Source: Sphagnum compactum (Eukaryota). From it: a stretch of DNA of 64,000 bases. The notes under the pieces are model-generated. The model saw only the letters and a program-made list of their open reading frames with translations, searched no databases and was not told where the DNA came from. Location: assembly GCA_965153455.1 (NCBI GenBank), contig OZ234494.1:62001-126000 (forward strand), in the 5' to 3' direction. Shown here in pieces: positions 12,524-25,717 of this stretch. How positions within the stretch are numbered: position 1 is the first letter of the stretch; each line of letters begins with the position of its first letter. The position numbers were made by a program, and so were the translations under genes.

Positions 12524-14558
12524 GGACTGGTCACCAATCCAGGCTCAGAGTTTTTAAAAGGGGTAAAAGCTGATTCTTTATTTCTTGAGGAGTACTTCCT
12601 ATCCAAACAAAGTGTTAAGCACCCATTTTTGATAAGTTTACAATTTAGGTCTACTCGATCCAACATACTAAATTAATTTGCTGAAAGGTTTAGGTACAAT
12701 CTTCCATGAAACATACTTGGGGAACTATGGATACAGGTTCTGGTTGGAAGGAGTTTTCGCATACATCATATGCTACTCTTTTCGAAACAGGGGTTAAAAG
12801 ATACATATGACAGAAGCTGAGAAATTAGGAGCCTGAAGAATTCGGTTAGGCAATAATGTCCTTTTTGGCATAAGTTGACCCTTCAACACCCTTTCCTTTC
12901 AAACCCTCAATACCACACTGACAAAATTTGAAGGCTGCAAGGAAATGATGTAGTGGTTCGGCCATTTATGAAAGGAGATGACAACATATGAAGGCATAAT
13001 CCTCCAGTAAGATGTGAGCCAAGGATTACCATTAGGTAATACAGAGTTCAAACATCGGAGTTGCAAAGGATCCAATGTGGAAGGGGTTTGGCCCTGACAT
13101 TTTCACATTATGAAGTGATTTTGATAGCACCCCTAGCATCCAAAATTGGCAATTGCCGCTTCTAAGGAAAGTCAGATAGAGTCAGGTACATAGTAAGATT
13201 ATTGTGAGCCAAAAACCCATCTGGGATCCCTGCAATAGAGAAAAGGTCCTTAATTTCCCATACTGTAGAAATCTCAATGGAAGGGCGAAGATATGCATGC
13301 ATCCTACATTGTTAATGGCATGGCAGGTGGTCATCTTTTGCAGCTGGATTTTTACAGTAGTTCAAGTGGTACCATATATAATTGAAGAAGAAATTATGGA
13401 GCACATGGGTGAAAGGAAGACTTTTAGTACAATCTTGGAAAAGAAAAATCGGTAAAAGAGGTCCATAGTCCATAGGTGAAAGGAAGACTTTTAGTACAAT
13501 CTTGCAATTGAGAAATCGGTAAACAAGGTTGTGGCCAGTGTCATTTGCTGGTTCCTACTTTAATTAGTTCACATGGCCTCTTCCTTAGTCAGAGCTGTTG
13601 GTAATTGATACTTATTACCATCAAGCAGGCCCATATTGTACTCTGTCTACGCTTTATACAACTTGGCCAGACTCAACTAACAGCCACCAGCGCACCATGC
13701 AGAATGGATGGTGTGTGGATTGGAAACAAGTTTTCATTGTGTTCCTGTCCCATAGCTAATCACAGTGGTTAGCTATGCACTAACCATTCACCTACCTAGT
13801 TGCCACCAAGTACCTTACTTTCTCACTTGCATAATTTGCACTTGCATTCCCTACCTACTTGCCAATGTAATTGCCCACTTCATAGGTAGCTACCTAGGTG
13901 GTCAAGTGGGGAGTTATGTGGAAGGTTACCAAGTTGGAACCATGGTAACTCAGTTGTAGTTCATCCACAACGCCATCATAAAGGGGTTTCCAAAGGATGG
14001 GCGCTGGTGGGTTCTGGGTCAAATAATCCCACTTGGTGTTTGGTGAATGTCATCTGGGTGTCAGCTATGGCTTATAATGTGAGGCCAGTTCCTGCTGCCT
14101 GTCCTGTCAACACTTTGGACTACCGATAGTTCATATACGGGCCGGTTCCGACCTGTAGTGCAGGGCTTGTTGACAGGGCCACTAATGCGACAAGGTGGGA
14201 ACTGACCCATCTGGGTCAGGATTCTAGGTAGTAGCCAGGCCCCAATGACGTTTATGAAGAATAGACGGTTTTTTGGAAGGCATTTCCTACAATGACTAAA
14301 AACAGAAGGGTACCAAATAGTCGTCGAGTGGGTTAGGACAAAGAAGGTTGGATGGGAGAGGGTTTTGGCACGACGTTAAACACCCCCATATGACCTTTCC
14401 GGGTGTTAGTACAGCGCGCGCAAGGTACTGCCACAGGGTTTGACTGTCGGCCTACAAAACTTAACCACACAAAAAATACAGTCAAGGTTGATTGATAGGA
14501 TGGGATTAGTGTACTGGTACTTGCTAGGGTGTGGTTTCTACAGGTGCTGGGTTAGAAC
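12524..14558 (+). repeat. ~2 kb diverged direct repeat, copy 2
   Basis: Colinear with 6813-8841. Confidence 0.85.
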
Positions 14559-16139
14559 CAGTGTTGGGCGGTTCTCCAAAATTCCGGGTAAGAACCAGTG
14601 GTTTCAGTTTTGATTATACATACCCTACCCTGACCTTGATATCTCTTCAAATACCTGTACTTAAACCTTACCCTAGGACCCACCCTTATCCCAGATCCAG
14701 GTTCAACCCCGCAATCTTATGGACCTTTGGTTCCTTAAGATTTCAATGACCTTGCATTGATGGATGTTTTTCAAATTTTTAGGGTTTTGGGTCTTTTTCC
14801 TAGCCCTTAGGTCGAGACTTTTGCAGACTTTTGCAGCACATTGCATTCCATCACTCCCTAGACGGTTTGCTTTCTTCTTTCGTGTGATAACGAGTGCCGA
14901 GCTTCGTCTTTTTTCCAATGCCAGCTGCGGATTTTCTGTCTTTGAGCTTTGAAACCTGAAGTCCCACCCTAGCTGAATAGTATGTTCCAAGTTGATTTCT
15001 CACACCCCTTTATATCAGCCCTTCTTTCCTAATGGCCAATGGAGTAGTTTCTTAAACACTCATGTTGCTTGTGACAGGGTTTGAACCAATCAGTCGATCA
15101 AATCTCACAAGTGATTTGGGATGGGGTTGCATGTTATGGAATAGCCAGATGTTTTTGGCTCAAGTGTGTCTTGTCTCGGCATCTTGAACTCTGAAATGCC
15201 AAAAGGTAGATTTTGGTCGATTTTCCGGCTGAGATTTTCGCTCTTGGGGTTGGAGGGCATCCTTTCCTAATGCATTTTATTAATACAGTGACACCTTGCC
15301 TGGTGATGCACTTTAGCACCATTTCCTTTTTGTTTTAGAAAGCATTTTGGTTGCAAGCATTGATGTGCCACCATTTGGGGAGGTGACATGACCTTCTACT
15401 GAAGAGTGTCTTGAACGGATGTAGGCCTCATATTGAGACCACCTTAGTGGGGCACTAAGGCGATATGAAAGTTAGGCCATAAGTGGATCCGTGAGGTTCA
15501 ACTCCTTGAGGAGTCGGGAAATGTCCAGACATCAAGGTCTGGATGGCTAAGAGGGAACTCAAGCTTTGTTGGCCAAAAAGGATGACTGGAGCTTGTCTTC
15601 AGGATTATGGTGCAAGGCACTTTCCTCTTAAAACTTTCAACTGATGATTAAGTGTTGTTTGAAGTCACTCCAAAAAGGTGTAAGCTTGTTAAAATGTTTG
15701 GGACGATTAGGAGTTGTCCCTTTAAAGCTTCAAGACCCAAACCTTGAGAGAGGGTTGGTCCTGGGACAACTCGGGTCGTCTCAACTTAAATCCTTTAAAC
15801 CAACTCTGGGAGTTGGTCCCAGAAAGCCCACAAGTTAGCTTGGGGCTGATTTAGCCTTCAACCATGTGATCCAACTTTAGGAATCAAAAAACTTGGGTCA
15901 GCTCCAAGTTAAACTAAAACTTAGTTTTGATAATAAGGTTTAGTGAGACTAAATAAAAAGTCTGAATCCATCTCGAGTGGTTGGGACTTTAGGGCTAACC
16001 AATGTGTCATGGGGAACGTAGGTAGCTAAAAGCTAAAAGAATCAATGCGAAAGGACCTTGGCGAAATGCGAGGAATGCAAGGTGACAAGCAAGAAAGGGT
16101 GTGTCATATGGTATGAGGGTTAAATCTTGATGTGGCAAG

Positions 16140-18393
16140 TGTTCAAATGGGAAAGAAAGCAGTGGATGGGTCACTTATTATGAAGCACTCACGCCACACT
16201 AAGGCAGAAATAGTGGTGTTCAAAGTAGAAAAGGTTGCCAAAGCCAAAAAGTTGGCCAAGTAAACAGCTCGGTTGGAGTTGGAAGTAGAATGGGCCAAGG
16301 TTAAGGCCCTACAAGCGGAGGAACCCCTTCCAACACTCACCATAAATGCCATGGCAAAAGTCTTAAAGGTTCTACAAGGCTTAGTGTTGAACGAAAGGGA
16401 AACCAATGCACAACTCTCTTTTGGAGTTAAGAGAGATTCACAAAGAAAAGGGGGCCAAGCCAAGCAGGAAACCGCATAGGCCATGAGGACCCAAATGCCA
16501 GATCTTTTCATGGGAAAGGATAAAGGGTAAATAGGGTTAAATAGTGGGCATTCCAAGTGGAGACCTACTTTGAATCCCAAATGATCAACACAGATTTTGA
16601 TCCACTTAGGTTGGTGCAATCTCTACTAAAAGACCGTGCCTTCAAGTGGTGGACTACATGAAAGGATGTTGAACCAAATTTAATGTGTCGCAAACCTAGC
16701 TTTGGGCTCGCAACCAAGGCAAAGGGGTTGCAAGGTTGCGGGCCAAGAGGAAAGAAGCCCGGGACTCAAGGCAAAGGCATTGCAAGGGTGCGGGCCAAGA
16801 GGAAGCCCGGGAGTCGCATCACATACTCCCGGGAGTGTAAGAAAGTGTGAAGGAGTGTGAGGGAGTGAACACTCACACTCCCAAGGCAACTCCCACTTTG
16901 GGAGATGGAGTCCCGGTGGACTCCCGAAATTTCAGAGAGCGAGTTGAGGGATCAAAACTCAATGGCTTCTCGCGTTCTTTATATCATTACAAAGCTCTTG
17001 AAATGTAGATGTCTAAAGTGGGCTCGCATTGCTCATTTGAACATCTGAAACGTAAGTTATGGCCAAAAGAAGGGTCGGGAGTCAAAGTGGCAATTTGACT
17101 CCGGACCATTAAAAGTCGGGAATCGACCTCTTCCCGATGTCCGATTTGAGAGTGCAACACGGTGTTGGAAAGCTCTCGACGAGAGCTACAACTTGCTTCA
17201 GACCTCATTTTGATCGAACTCTGCAATCGGGAGATATGAGCTCCCAAAGTCCCGGGACTCCAACCTGGGACAGTTTCGGGACTCCAACTCGGGAGTCCCG
17301 GGAAAAAGAGCCATTTGGATGTAGCCTCGGTGGAGAGTCACAGAGTATACTATAAGGGGGAAGGTGATGGTTTCCTCCAAGTCCGAGCCGTGGTGAGTCT
17401 TGTGTGTCCGTGTTGCCCGTGGCTAGTCCCAGCACCAAGTGTGCTCTAACTATGCACTAACCACTTTGTGTGGGTTGTGTGTAAGCCCGTGTGAGTGAAT
17501 GAAGCTTGTCAACTCTTCCTAGTCCCATTCCGGAGCTCCAACACGCCCCTCTACCCCTCAAAGTGTTATGAGCTAGGGAGCGTGCCCCGACTCCTCCTTC
17601 TTCCACTACTACTTGGGCTCACATTTGAGTCCTTTAAGGAGTTGGGAGTGCGTCATAATGGAGAGTTTGCCTTGGAACACATTCAAGGCCAAATTGAATG
17701 AAAGGTTTACAACTCACAATTAGATCTTGAAGGATGGACAAAAACTTTTGAACTTGTGCCAATCCAACAAACCTATGGTGATACGAAGGTATGTGCAAAC
17801 CTTTGGGTTGTTACTTAACCTCATCCCGATGAAAAAAGAGTATGTGCAGGAGGTGACTTTCCTACATGGCTTGTAGCCTTGGGCTCACAATGCCATCTTG
17901 CAAAGAAGTGAGGTCCCCGCAACCTATCAAAAGATGATGAAGGTTGTGGAATGCATGGAAGATGATTCCATGCACAAGAAAGTGATAACAACGTTAGTTT
18001 CCCAATTCATCATAAGGGTGAGCATCGGAAGTGTAACACGGGCTATAAATAGTGCAAAGAGGGGCCAAAAGAATAAGTGGGATAAAAACCCACCCAAGGA
18101 AAAAGGAGTTCCAATGAAGAAAAAGTCATGGGATGTTGCCAAAGTCTAATGCTTTCATTGTGAAAAGTTGGGGCACTTTACCAAGAACAACGAAAAGGTA
18201 AGACAAGACTAGGCACAAAGGGGGTTTGTTACAAAGGCAAGTGTGGCCAAGTTGGGGCCTAATTTAATCATGTTTAAAATCAAGGCAAGAATTGATGGTG
18301 TTTTTTTTTTGGATTCAAGAAAACCATGCACTCGTTTGTGAGCCCAAGTGTAATAAAGCAACTTGGATGGGAAGCCACAAAAGTGGCCAAACC
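16140..18393 (+). pseudogene. Old degenerate Ty3/gypsy gag-protease, the substrate of the nest
   Basis: Broken frames give QVETYFESQM..LRLVQSLLKDRAFKWW, a CFHCEKLGHF zinc knuckle near 18150 and a protease-like FLDS..HSFVSP segment. Interrupted by LTR insertions. Confidence 0.6.
16686..17655 (+). mobile_element. Solo LTR, type C
   Basis: TGTCGCA...GTGCGTCA with 5-bp TSD TAATG at 16681-16685 and 17656-17660. Confidence 0.9.
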
Positions 18394-18973
18394 TGACGCG
18401 CTCCTTGGTCCCGAGGTGAACCCACTTGAGGGTTCACCAATGTGGAGTTGCGGAAAATGGGGACCGAAGGGCACACTCCCGACTTCCAACTCTAGAAAGG
18501 GATAGAGGGTCGAGTTGGAAGCCTCGGGATTAAACTAGGAAGATGGACTAGTAGATCAAGCACGAATCTGCATCCAAAACCAACCACAAATGGGTTAGAT
18601 CACATTCGGGAACACCCTTGGGTGTTGGGACAAGCCACGGGCATTTTGGACTACTTGACTCACCACGGCCCGGACTTGGGGGAAGCCACCACCTTCCCCC
18701 TTATAGTTATCTCTGCAGCTCACCACGGAGGCTACATCCAAATGGCACATTTTGTTGGGACTCCCGAAATGGAGTCCCGAAATTGTCCCGGCGGGACTCC
18801 CAGGACTTTGAACGGTCATAACTCCCGACTCCACAGTCCGATCGCGACAAGGTCTGAACCAAAGTTGTAGCCCTCGTCGAGATCTTTCCAACGCCATGTC
18901 GCACTCCCTGAGGCAACGTCAGGAAAGGGTCGATTCCCGACTTTTAGTGGTCGGGAGTCAAACTGCCAGTTTG

Positions 18974-19964
18974 TGTCGCACCCCCAAGTTCCTAGTGGAC
19001 CCACTCGAGGGTCCAAGTATGTGGCAATGCGGAAGGAGTTGGAACTTGGAGCGCGATCCCGACTTCCAGCACGAGAGGGGGGGGTAAGAGGGGCGTGCTA
19101 GAAGTCCCGGGAAAGATTAGGAAGAGTTGACAAGCTTTACTCACTCACACAGGCCTGCATGAAAACCACACAAAGTGGTTAGAACTCATTTTAGGTCCTT
19201 TTGGTGTTGGGACAGCCACGGGTGAACTCGGACTCACTTTGACACACCACAACCCGGGCTCGGGAGTAAGCCACCACCTTACTCCCTATAGTATACTCTG
19301 TGACTCGTCGCGGGGATGGCATCCAAATGGCCATTTTGTCCCAGGACTCCCGGGACTCCCGCGTGGGAGTCCCGAAATCGCGCATTTTCGGGACTCCCGC
19401 GTGGGAGTCCCGAAATCGCGCATTTTCGGGACTCCCGCGACTTTGAAGCTTCATAACTTTCGGAGCAGACCTCCGATCGACTCGCCGTCTCAAGCAAAGT
19501 TGTAGGTCTCGTCGAGACCTTTGCAACGGTATGTCGCATGTTTTCTGCACCCAAGTATTTCGGGTCGATTCCCGACTTTTAATGGTCGCGAGTCAAAACT
19601 GGCGGAATCCCGGGAGTTCCACTCCCGGGCCTTCTTTTGGCCATAACTCGTGTTTCAGATGTCCAAATGAGCAATGCGAGCCCATTTTGGATATCTAGAC
19701 TTCGAGAGCTTTCCATTGATATAAAGAACGCAACAAGCCATTGAGTTCTGACCCCTCAAAACGCTCTCTGAAGTTTTGGGAGTCCTTTTTGCACTCCACT
19801 TTCACCAACTCCCAACATGGGAGTTCACTTGGGAGTGTGAGGGTTCACTCCCTCACACTCTTTGCACTCCCGGGAGCATGTGACATGACTCCCGGGTCTA
19901 CTTATAGGCCCGCACACTTGCGACCCCCTTGCCTTGGTCGCGAGCCAAGGCTAGGGTTGCGACA
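18974..19964 (-). mobile_element. Solo LTR, type B, inserted in a type A LTR
   Basis: TSD GTTTG at 18969-18973 and 19965-19969. Confidence 0.9.
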
Positions 19965-20714
19965 GTTTGACTCCCGGCCCTTCTTTTGCCCATAACTTGG
20001 GCTGCAGATGTCCAAATGGCCAATGCGAGGCCATTTTCGATATTTACGTTTTAAGACCTTTCCAATGACACCAAGAACACCCCAATGCGAGGTGTTTTGG
20101 ACCTTGCTATTGAGCTCTGAACATTTGGGAGCCCCGGAGGACTCCAAACCTCCAACTTTTCCAAGTGTTGGGCCTCACCCCCACACTTGGACAAAGTGGG
20201 GTTGCGACACTCTCCCCCACTAGAAGAAAGAGGTCAATGTCCTCATTGACACTTAGAATTTTCCTTCATACAATTGCAATTGCTTTCTTTTGGATCCTTG
20301 GCCATTTGCCAACTCTTGCGGCTCGGACCTTGTCTCAAGCTAACTTAGGCGTTCCCAAGATTCGAACACTTTCTTGACAAGTCCAAGAAGGTCTTGTAGG
20401 GAACCCTCTTTCTTTGCTTCGTCAAAAGACTAAACTAGTCTAATTGGCGAAGCCCTCATTTGGGAGGAACCTTTTTCCATCCTTCCCTTCATGAGGACTT
20501 AAGTCAAGTCTACTATTGACCTAAGCTACTTGACATGACTCCTTTTCCTATCTCGCGCCTTGGTCACAACAACCAAGCCTTAACTAAAAGGTTTGCTTAT
20601 CAAGGTACGAGAAACAACACTTAGGTTTGCCAAACCCAAGTCCCAAACTACACTTAAAGTATGCGAGCGGGGTCATGACTTCCCGCGTTGACCACACTAC
20701 CAACCAACCCTTTG

Positions 20715-21534
20715 TGTCGCAACCCCACTTTGTCCAAGTGTGGGGGTGAAGCCCAACACTTGGAAAAGTTGGAGGTTTGGAGTTCTCCGGGACTCCCGAA
20801 TGTTTAGAGGTCGGCAGCAAGGCTCAAAACACCTCGCATTGGGGTGTTTTTGGTGTCATTGGAAAGGTCTTGAAACGTAGATATCGAAAATGGCCTCGCA
20901 TTGGCCATTTGGACATTTGCAGCCCAAGTTATGGGCAAAAGAAGGGCCGGGAGTCAAACTAGCAGTTTGACTCCTCACCACTAAAAGTCGAGAATCGACC
21001 CTTTTCCGACGTCGCCTTAGGAAGTGCGACATGGCGTTGGAATGATCTCGACGAGGGCTACAACTTTGGTTTAGACCTTGTTGCGATCGGACTTCGGAAT
21101 CGGGAGTTATGATTGTTCAAAGTCCCGAGAGTCCCGCCGGGACAATTTCGGGACTCCATTTCGGGAGTCCCAACAAAATGTGCCATTTGGATGTAGCCTC
21201 CGTGGTGAGCTGCAGAGATAACTATAAGGGGGAAGGTGGTGGCTTCCCCCAAGTCCGGGCCGTGGTGAGTCAAGTAGTCCAAAGTGCCCGTGGCTTGTCC
21301 CAACACCCAAGGGTGTTCCCGAATGTGAACTAACCCATTTGTGGTTGGTTTTGGATGCAGATTCGTGCTTGATCTACTAGTCCATCTTCCTAGTCTAATC
21401 CCGGGGCTTCCAACTCGACCCTCTACCCCTTTCTAGAGTTAGAAGTCGGGAGCGTGCCCTTCGACCCCCACTTTCCGCAACTTCACATTGGTGAACCCTC
21501 AAGTGGGTTCACCCCAGGACCAAGGAGCGCGTCA
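20715..21534 (+). mobile_element. Solo LTR, type A, inserted in the 3' UTR of its own family
   Basis: TSD CTTTG at 20710-20714 and 21535-21539. Confidence 0.9.
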
Positions 21535-21812
21535 CTTTGGGATGCACTTAAAGCATGTGCATGTCCCCGCAAGCTCACCTTGCTTGCCTCCTCTTTTGGG
21601 GCCAAGTTTCCTCAACCCCAAAGTAGGAGTCCGATTTTGATTTGGGCCTACGCAAGAGACTTCTATTTGTCCATGCCACAACCCTATTTGCCTTAACAAA
21701 TTTTTCATGATACAATCTCTTGGAAGTTTTAAAGCCCTTTTTATTTCACTTGCAACTTGATGTGGTACATTTTATGACGCTCTCCCCCTCTAAAAGAAAG
21801 GTGATGTCCTCA

Positions 21813-24759
21813 TCACGCTCTACGTCTTTTCTTTGCAGGTCTAGTGTGGAATTCTTCTATGGCTTCTTGGGCATGTTCCATGTCGGATTCATTCACCCAA
21901 GATGCCTCTATTGCATGGTAACCTTTCCACTTCACTAAGTATTCCCGCTCTCGTCCTCTAAGTTGCCTTGATTTGAGCACGGCCTCAACCTCAAACTCTG
22001 GTTCATTATGAACCAAGTCCGGTGGAGGCCTTGAATGATGCTCTCTATTAGGCCTTGAGGTGTCGCGGGAGACCGGCTTCAAAAGGGAAACATGAAATGT
22101 GGGATGAACTCTAAGATTTTCCGGTAATTCTAACTTATAAGTGTCGGAAAGTTTCTTTTCCAACACTTTGAATGGACCCGCATATGGGCCCATAAACTTA
22201 TGACTTAACCCTTCGGGCAACCGGAAGTTCTTTATGTTCAACCACACCTCGTCTCCTTCTTGAAACTTCACCTCTCGTCGGGACTTGTCCGCAAAATCCT
22301 TGTACCTTTTGTGCGCCTTTTCCAAGTTGGCTTTTGCCAACTCCCACAAGCGCTTTCTTTCTTCATCAAGTTGTGTGACCATTGGCACTTCCTCACTTGC
22401 ATCAATCGAAGGTTGTCCTTGTGCGGCCCAAGTCATGGGCACAATTGGTGACTTGCCCGTCACCATTTGGAATGGGGTGGATCCCGTTGCGGAGTGTACC
22501 AGGTTGTTGTAACAAAACTCGGCTAACTCCAAATGATCCACCCAATCTTGTTGATCCGCCGCCACATAATTCCTTAGGAATTGTTGGATCACCAAGTTCA
22601 CCCTCTCGGTTTGTCCATCGGTTAGGGGGCGGAATGAAGTGTTCATTTTGAGTTCCGACCCCATTCGCTTCCACAAGGCCCTCCAAAACTTACTCGTGAA
22701 CTTTGGATCCCGATCCGACACTATGTCCTTTGGAAGGCCATGATGCTTGAAAATGTGGGAGAAGAACAACCTCCCCGTCTCTTGAGCCGTGGTTTCATCC
22801 TTTGTGGGAATGAAGTGTGCCATTTTGCTAAATCGATCCACCACAACCATGATGGCATCAAACCCTTTTGAAGGGGGCAAACTTACCATAAAGTCCATTG
22901 ACACACTTTCCCACGGCCCTTCGGGAATTGGCAAAGGTTGCAACAAACCCGCTTGCTTCTTGTTGAGGGTCCGGTTTTGTTGACAAGATAAACAAGTCTT
23001 CACGTACTCCTCCGCATCATCCTTCAAGTTGGGCCAATAGTAGGACTTCTTTAGGAGTGTTGTGGTGCGCTTTGCACCACCATGGCCCGCAAGCGGTCCA
23101 TCGTGACATTCCTTCAAAAGTGTGTCCCTAATTTTCCCTTTCGGCACATAGAGTCGGTTTTGCTTGTACCACAACAATCCATTTTTAAAGTGGAAGTGGG
23201 ACTTGGCTCCATTTTGGATGCTTTGCCTTGCCTCCTTGGCAAAAGCATCCCGGCGGTTTGCTAATCTAACTTCCTTTTGAAGTTCCGACTCTCCCACATA
23301 CACCACTCTAAGTTGGTGTTTCCGGCTCAAAGCATCGGGGACTATGTTCTCCTTTCCCGGCTTGTGCCGGATGTCCACATTGAACAAGGCCAATGTGTCT
23401 TGCCACCTTTGTTGTTTTGATGACAACTTGGGTTGAGTTGCGAAGTACTTCAAGGTCACATTGTCGGTCCACACCACCACATCTTTGGAGCCTATGTAAT
23501 GGCCCCAAGTCTTGAGACAATGTATGACCGCCCACATTTCCTTCTCGTGAGTTGGCCACCTTCGCTCCGTCTCACTCAACTTCTTGCTTTCAAAGGCCAC
23601 CGGTCTTCCATCTTGCACTATGACACCCCCAATTGCAAAGTCGGAGGCGTCGGAATGGATTTCAAATTCCTTGTCAAAGTCGGGCAACTTCAACACCGGC
23701 GCCTTCACCAAAATGCCCTTCAACATTCCAAAGGCTTCGTCGCATGCTTCATCCCAATCATAAGTGACGGCGGACTTTTTCAAGAGGTTTGTCAAAGGGG
23801 CCGCTATTCTCGCAAAGTTCTTTATGAACTTGCGATAATAGGAGGCCAATCCTAAAAAGGATCTCAAGGCGGGAACCGAGTTAGGCGGCTCCCAATCCAA
23901 AATCGCCTTGACCTTGTGATCATCCATCATCAAACCATCTTGAGTTATCCTATGCCTAAGGAAATCCACTTCCGTCACCCCAAATTCGCACTTCTCAAGC
24001 TTGGCATACAACTTGTTTTCCCTTAGCCTTTGGAACACCTTGCGAAGGTGCTCCGCATGCTCCTCCATGGAGCTACTATAAATCAAAATGTCGTCTATGT
24101 AGACGACCACAAAATCATCAAGCCATTCGCGGAAAATGTCATTCATGAGGGTGCAAAATGTTGCGGGTGCATTGGTGAGCCCAAAGGGCATCACCAAGAA
24201 CTCGTATGACCCATACCTTGTGCGACAAGCGGTCTTTTCTTCGTCCCCTTTCGCGATCCTTATTTGGTAATACCCCGAACGTAGATCAATTCTACTAAAA
24301 ACTTTGGCTCTCGAGAGACGATCAAATAGATCATCGATGCGAGGTAAAGGATAACGGTTTTTCACCGTTGCCTTATTGAGTGCTCTATAATCAACACACA
24401 TCCTCAAAGTCCCATCCTTCTTGTGAACAAAAAGGACGGGTGCCCCATATGGTGACTTGCTTGGTTTGATGTAACCTTTCGCAAGGAGTTCCTCAAGTTG
24501 AACCTTGAGTTCCTTCAACTCCTCGTGGCTCATTCTATATGGGGCCTTGGCGGGCGGTTCCACTCCCGGTATCACTTCAATCGCATGATCAACTCGTCTT
24601 CTCGGGGGCAAGTCTTCGGGCAAGTCTTCGGGCATCACATCCGGGAACTCTTCCAAAACCTTTCTTATGCACTTGGCGAAAGTCACCAACTTGGTGGCTT
24701 CCTTGGGCTCATACTCGTCCAACACCCGCATGACACACATCATGCCAAAGCCCCCCACT
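21813..24759 (-). CDS. pol portion: RT, RNase H, integrase, chromodomain (open frame, cut off from gag by an LTR insertion)
   Basis: YIDD, DASD..IG, HHCC, integrase core (VSMDF, IVSDRD, GQTE), GPY and [16 protein letters not shown] chromodomain. Confidence 0.93.
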
Positions 24760-25712
24760 TGTCGCAACCCTAGCCTTGGTTCGCGACCAAGGCAAGGGGG
24801 TCGCAAGTGTGCGGGCCTATAAGTAGACCCGGGAGTCATATCACATGCTCCCGGGAGTGCAAAGAGTGTGAGGGAGTGAACCCTCACACTCCCAAGTGAA
24901 CTCCCACGTTGGGAGTTGGTGAGAGTGGAGTCCCAAAAGGACTCCCGAAACTTCAGAGAGCGTTTTGAGGGGTCAAAACTCAATGGCTTGTTGCGCTCTT
25001 TATATCAATGGAAAGCTCTTGAAGTGTAGATGTCTAAAATTGGCTCGCATTGCTCATTTGGACATCTGAAACACAAGTTATGGCCAAAAGAAGGCCCGGG
25101 AGTCGAACTCCCAGGAGTCCGCCAGTTTTGACTCCCGACCACTAAAAGTCGGCAATCGACCCGAAATACTTGGCTGCAGAAAACGTGCGACATACCGTTG
25201 AAAAGGTCTCGACGAGACCTACAACTTTGCTTTAGATGGCGAGTTGATCGGAGGTCTGCTCCGAAAGTTAGGAAGCTTCAAAGTCGCGGGAGTCCCGAAA
25301 ATGCGCGATTTCGGGACTCCCACGCGGGAGTCCCGGGAGTCCCGGGACAAAATGGCCATTTGGATGCCACCCCCGCGACGAGTCACAGAGTTTACTATAG
25401 GGAGTAAGGTGGTGGCTTACTCCCGAGCCCGGGGTGTGGTGTGTCAAAGTGAGTCCGAGTTCACCCGTGGCTGTCCCAACACCAAAAGGACCCAGAATGA
25501 GTTCTAACCACTTTGTGTGGTTTCATGCAGGCCCGTGTGAGTGAGTAAAGCTTGTCAACTCTTCCTAGCCTTTCCCCAGGACTTCTAGCACGCCCCTCTT
25601 ACCCCCCCCTCTAGTGCTGGAAGTCGGGATCGTGCTCCAAGTTCCAACTCCTTCCGCATTGCCATATACCTAGACCCTCAAGTGCGTCTACCCGGAACTT
25701 GGGAGCACGACA
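24760..25712 (+). mobile_element. Solo LTR, type B, inserted in the PR-RT linker
   Basis: TSD CCACT at 24755-24759 and 25713-25717. Confidence 0.9.
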
Positions 25713-25717
25713 CCACT

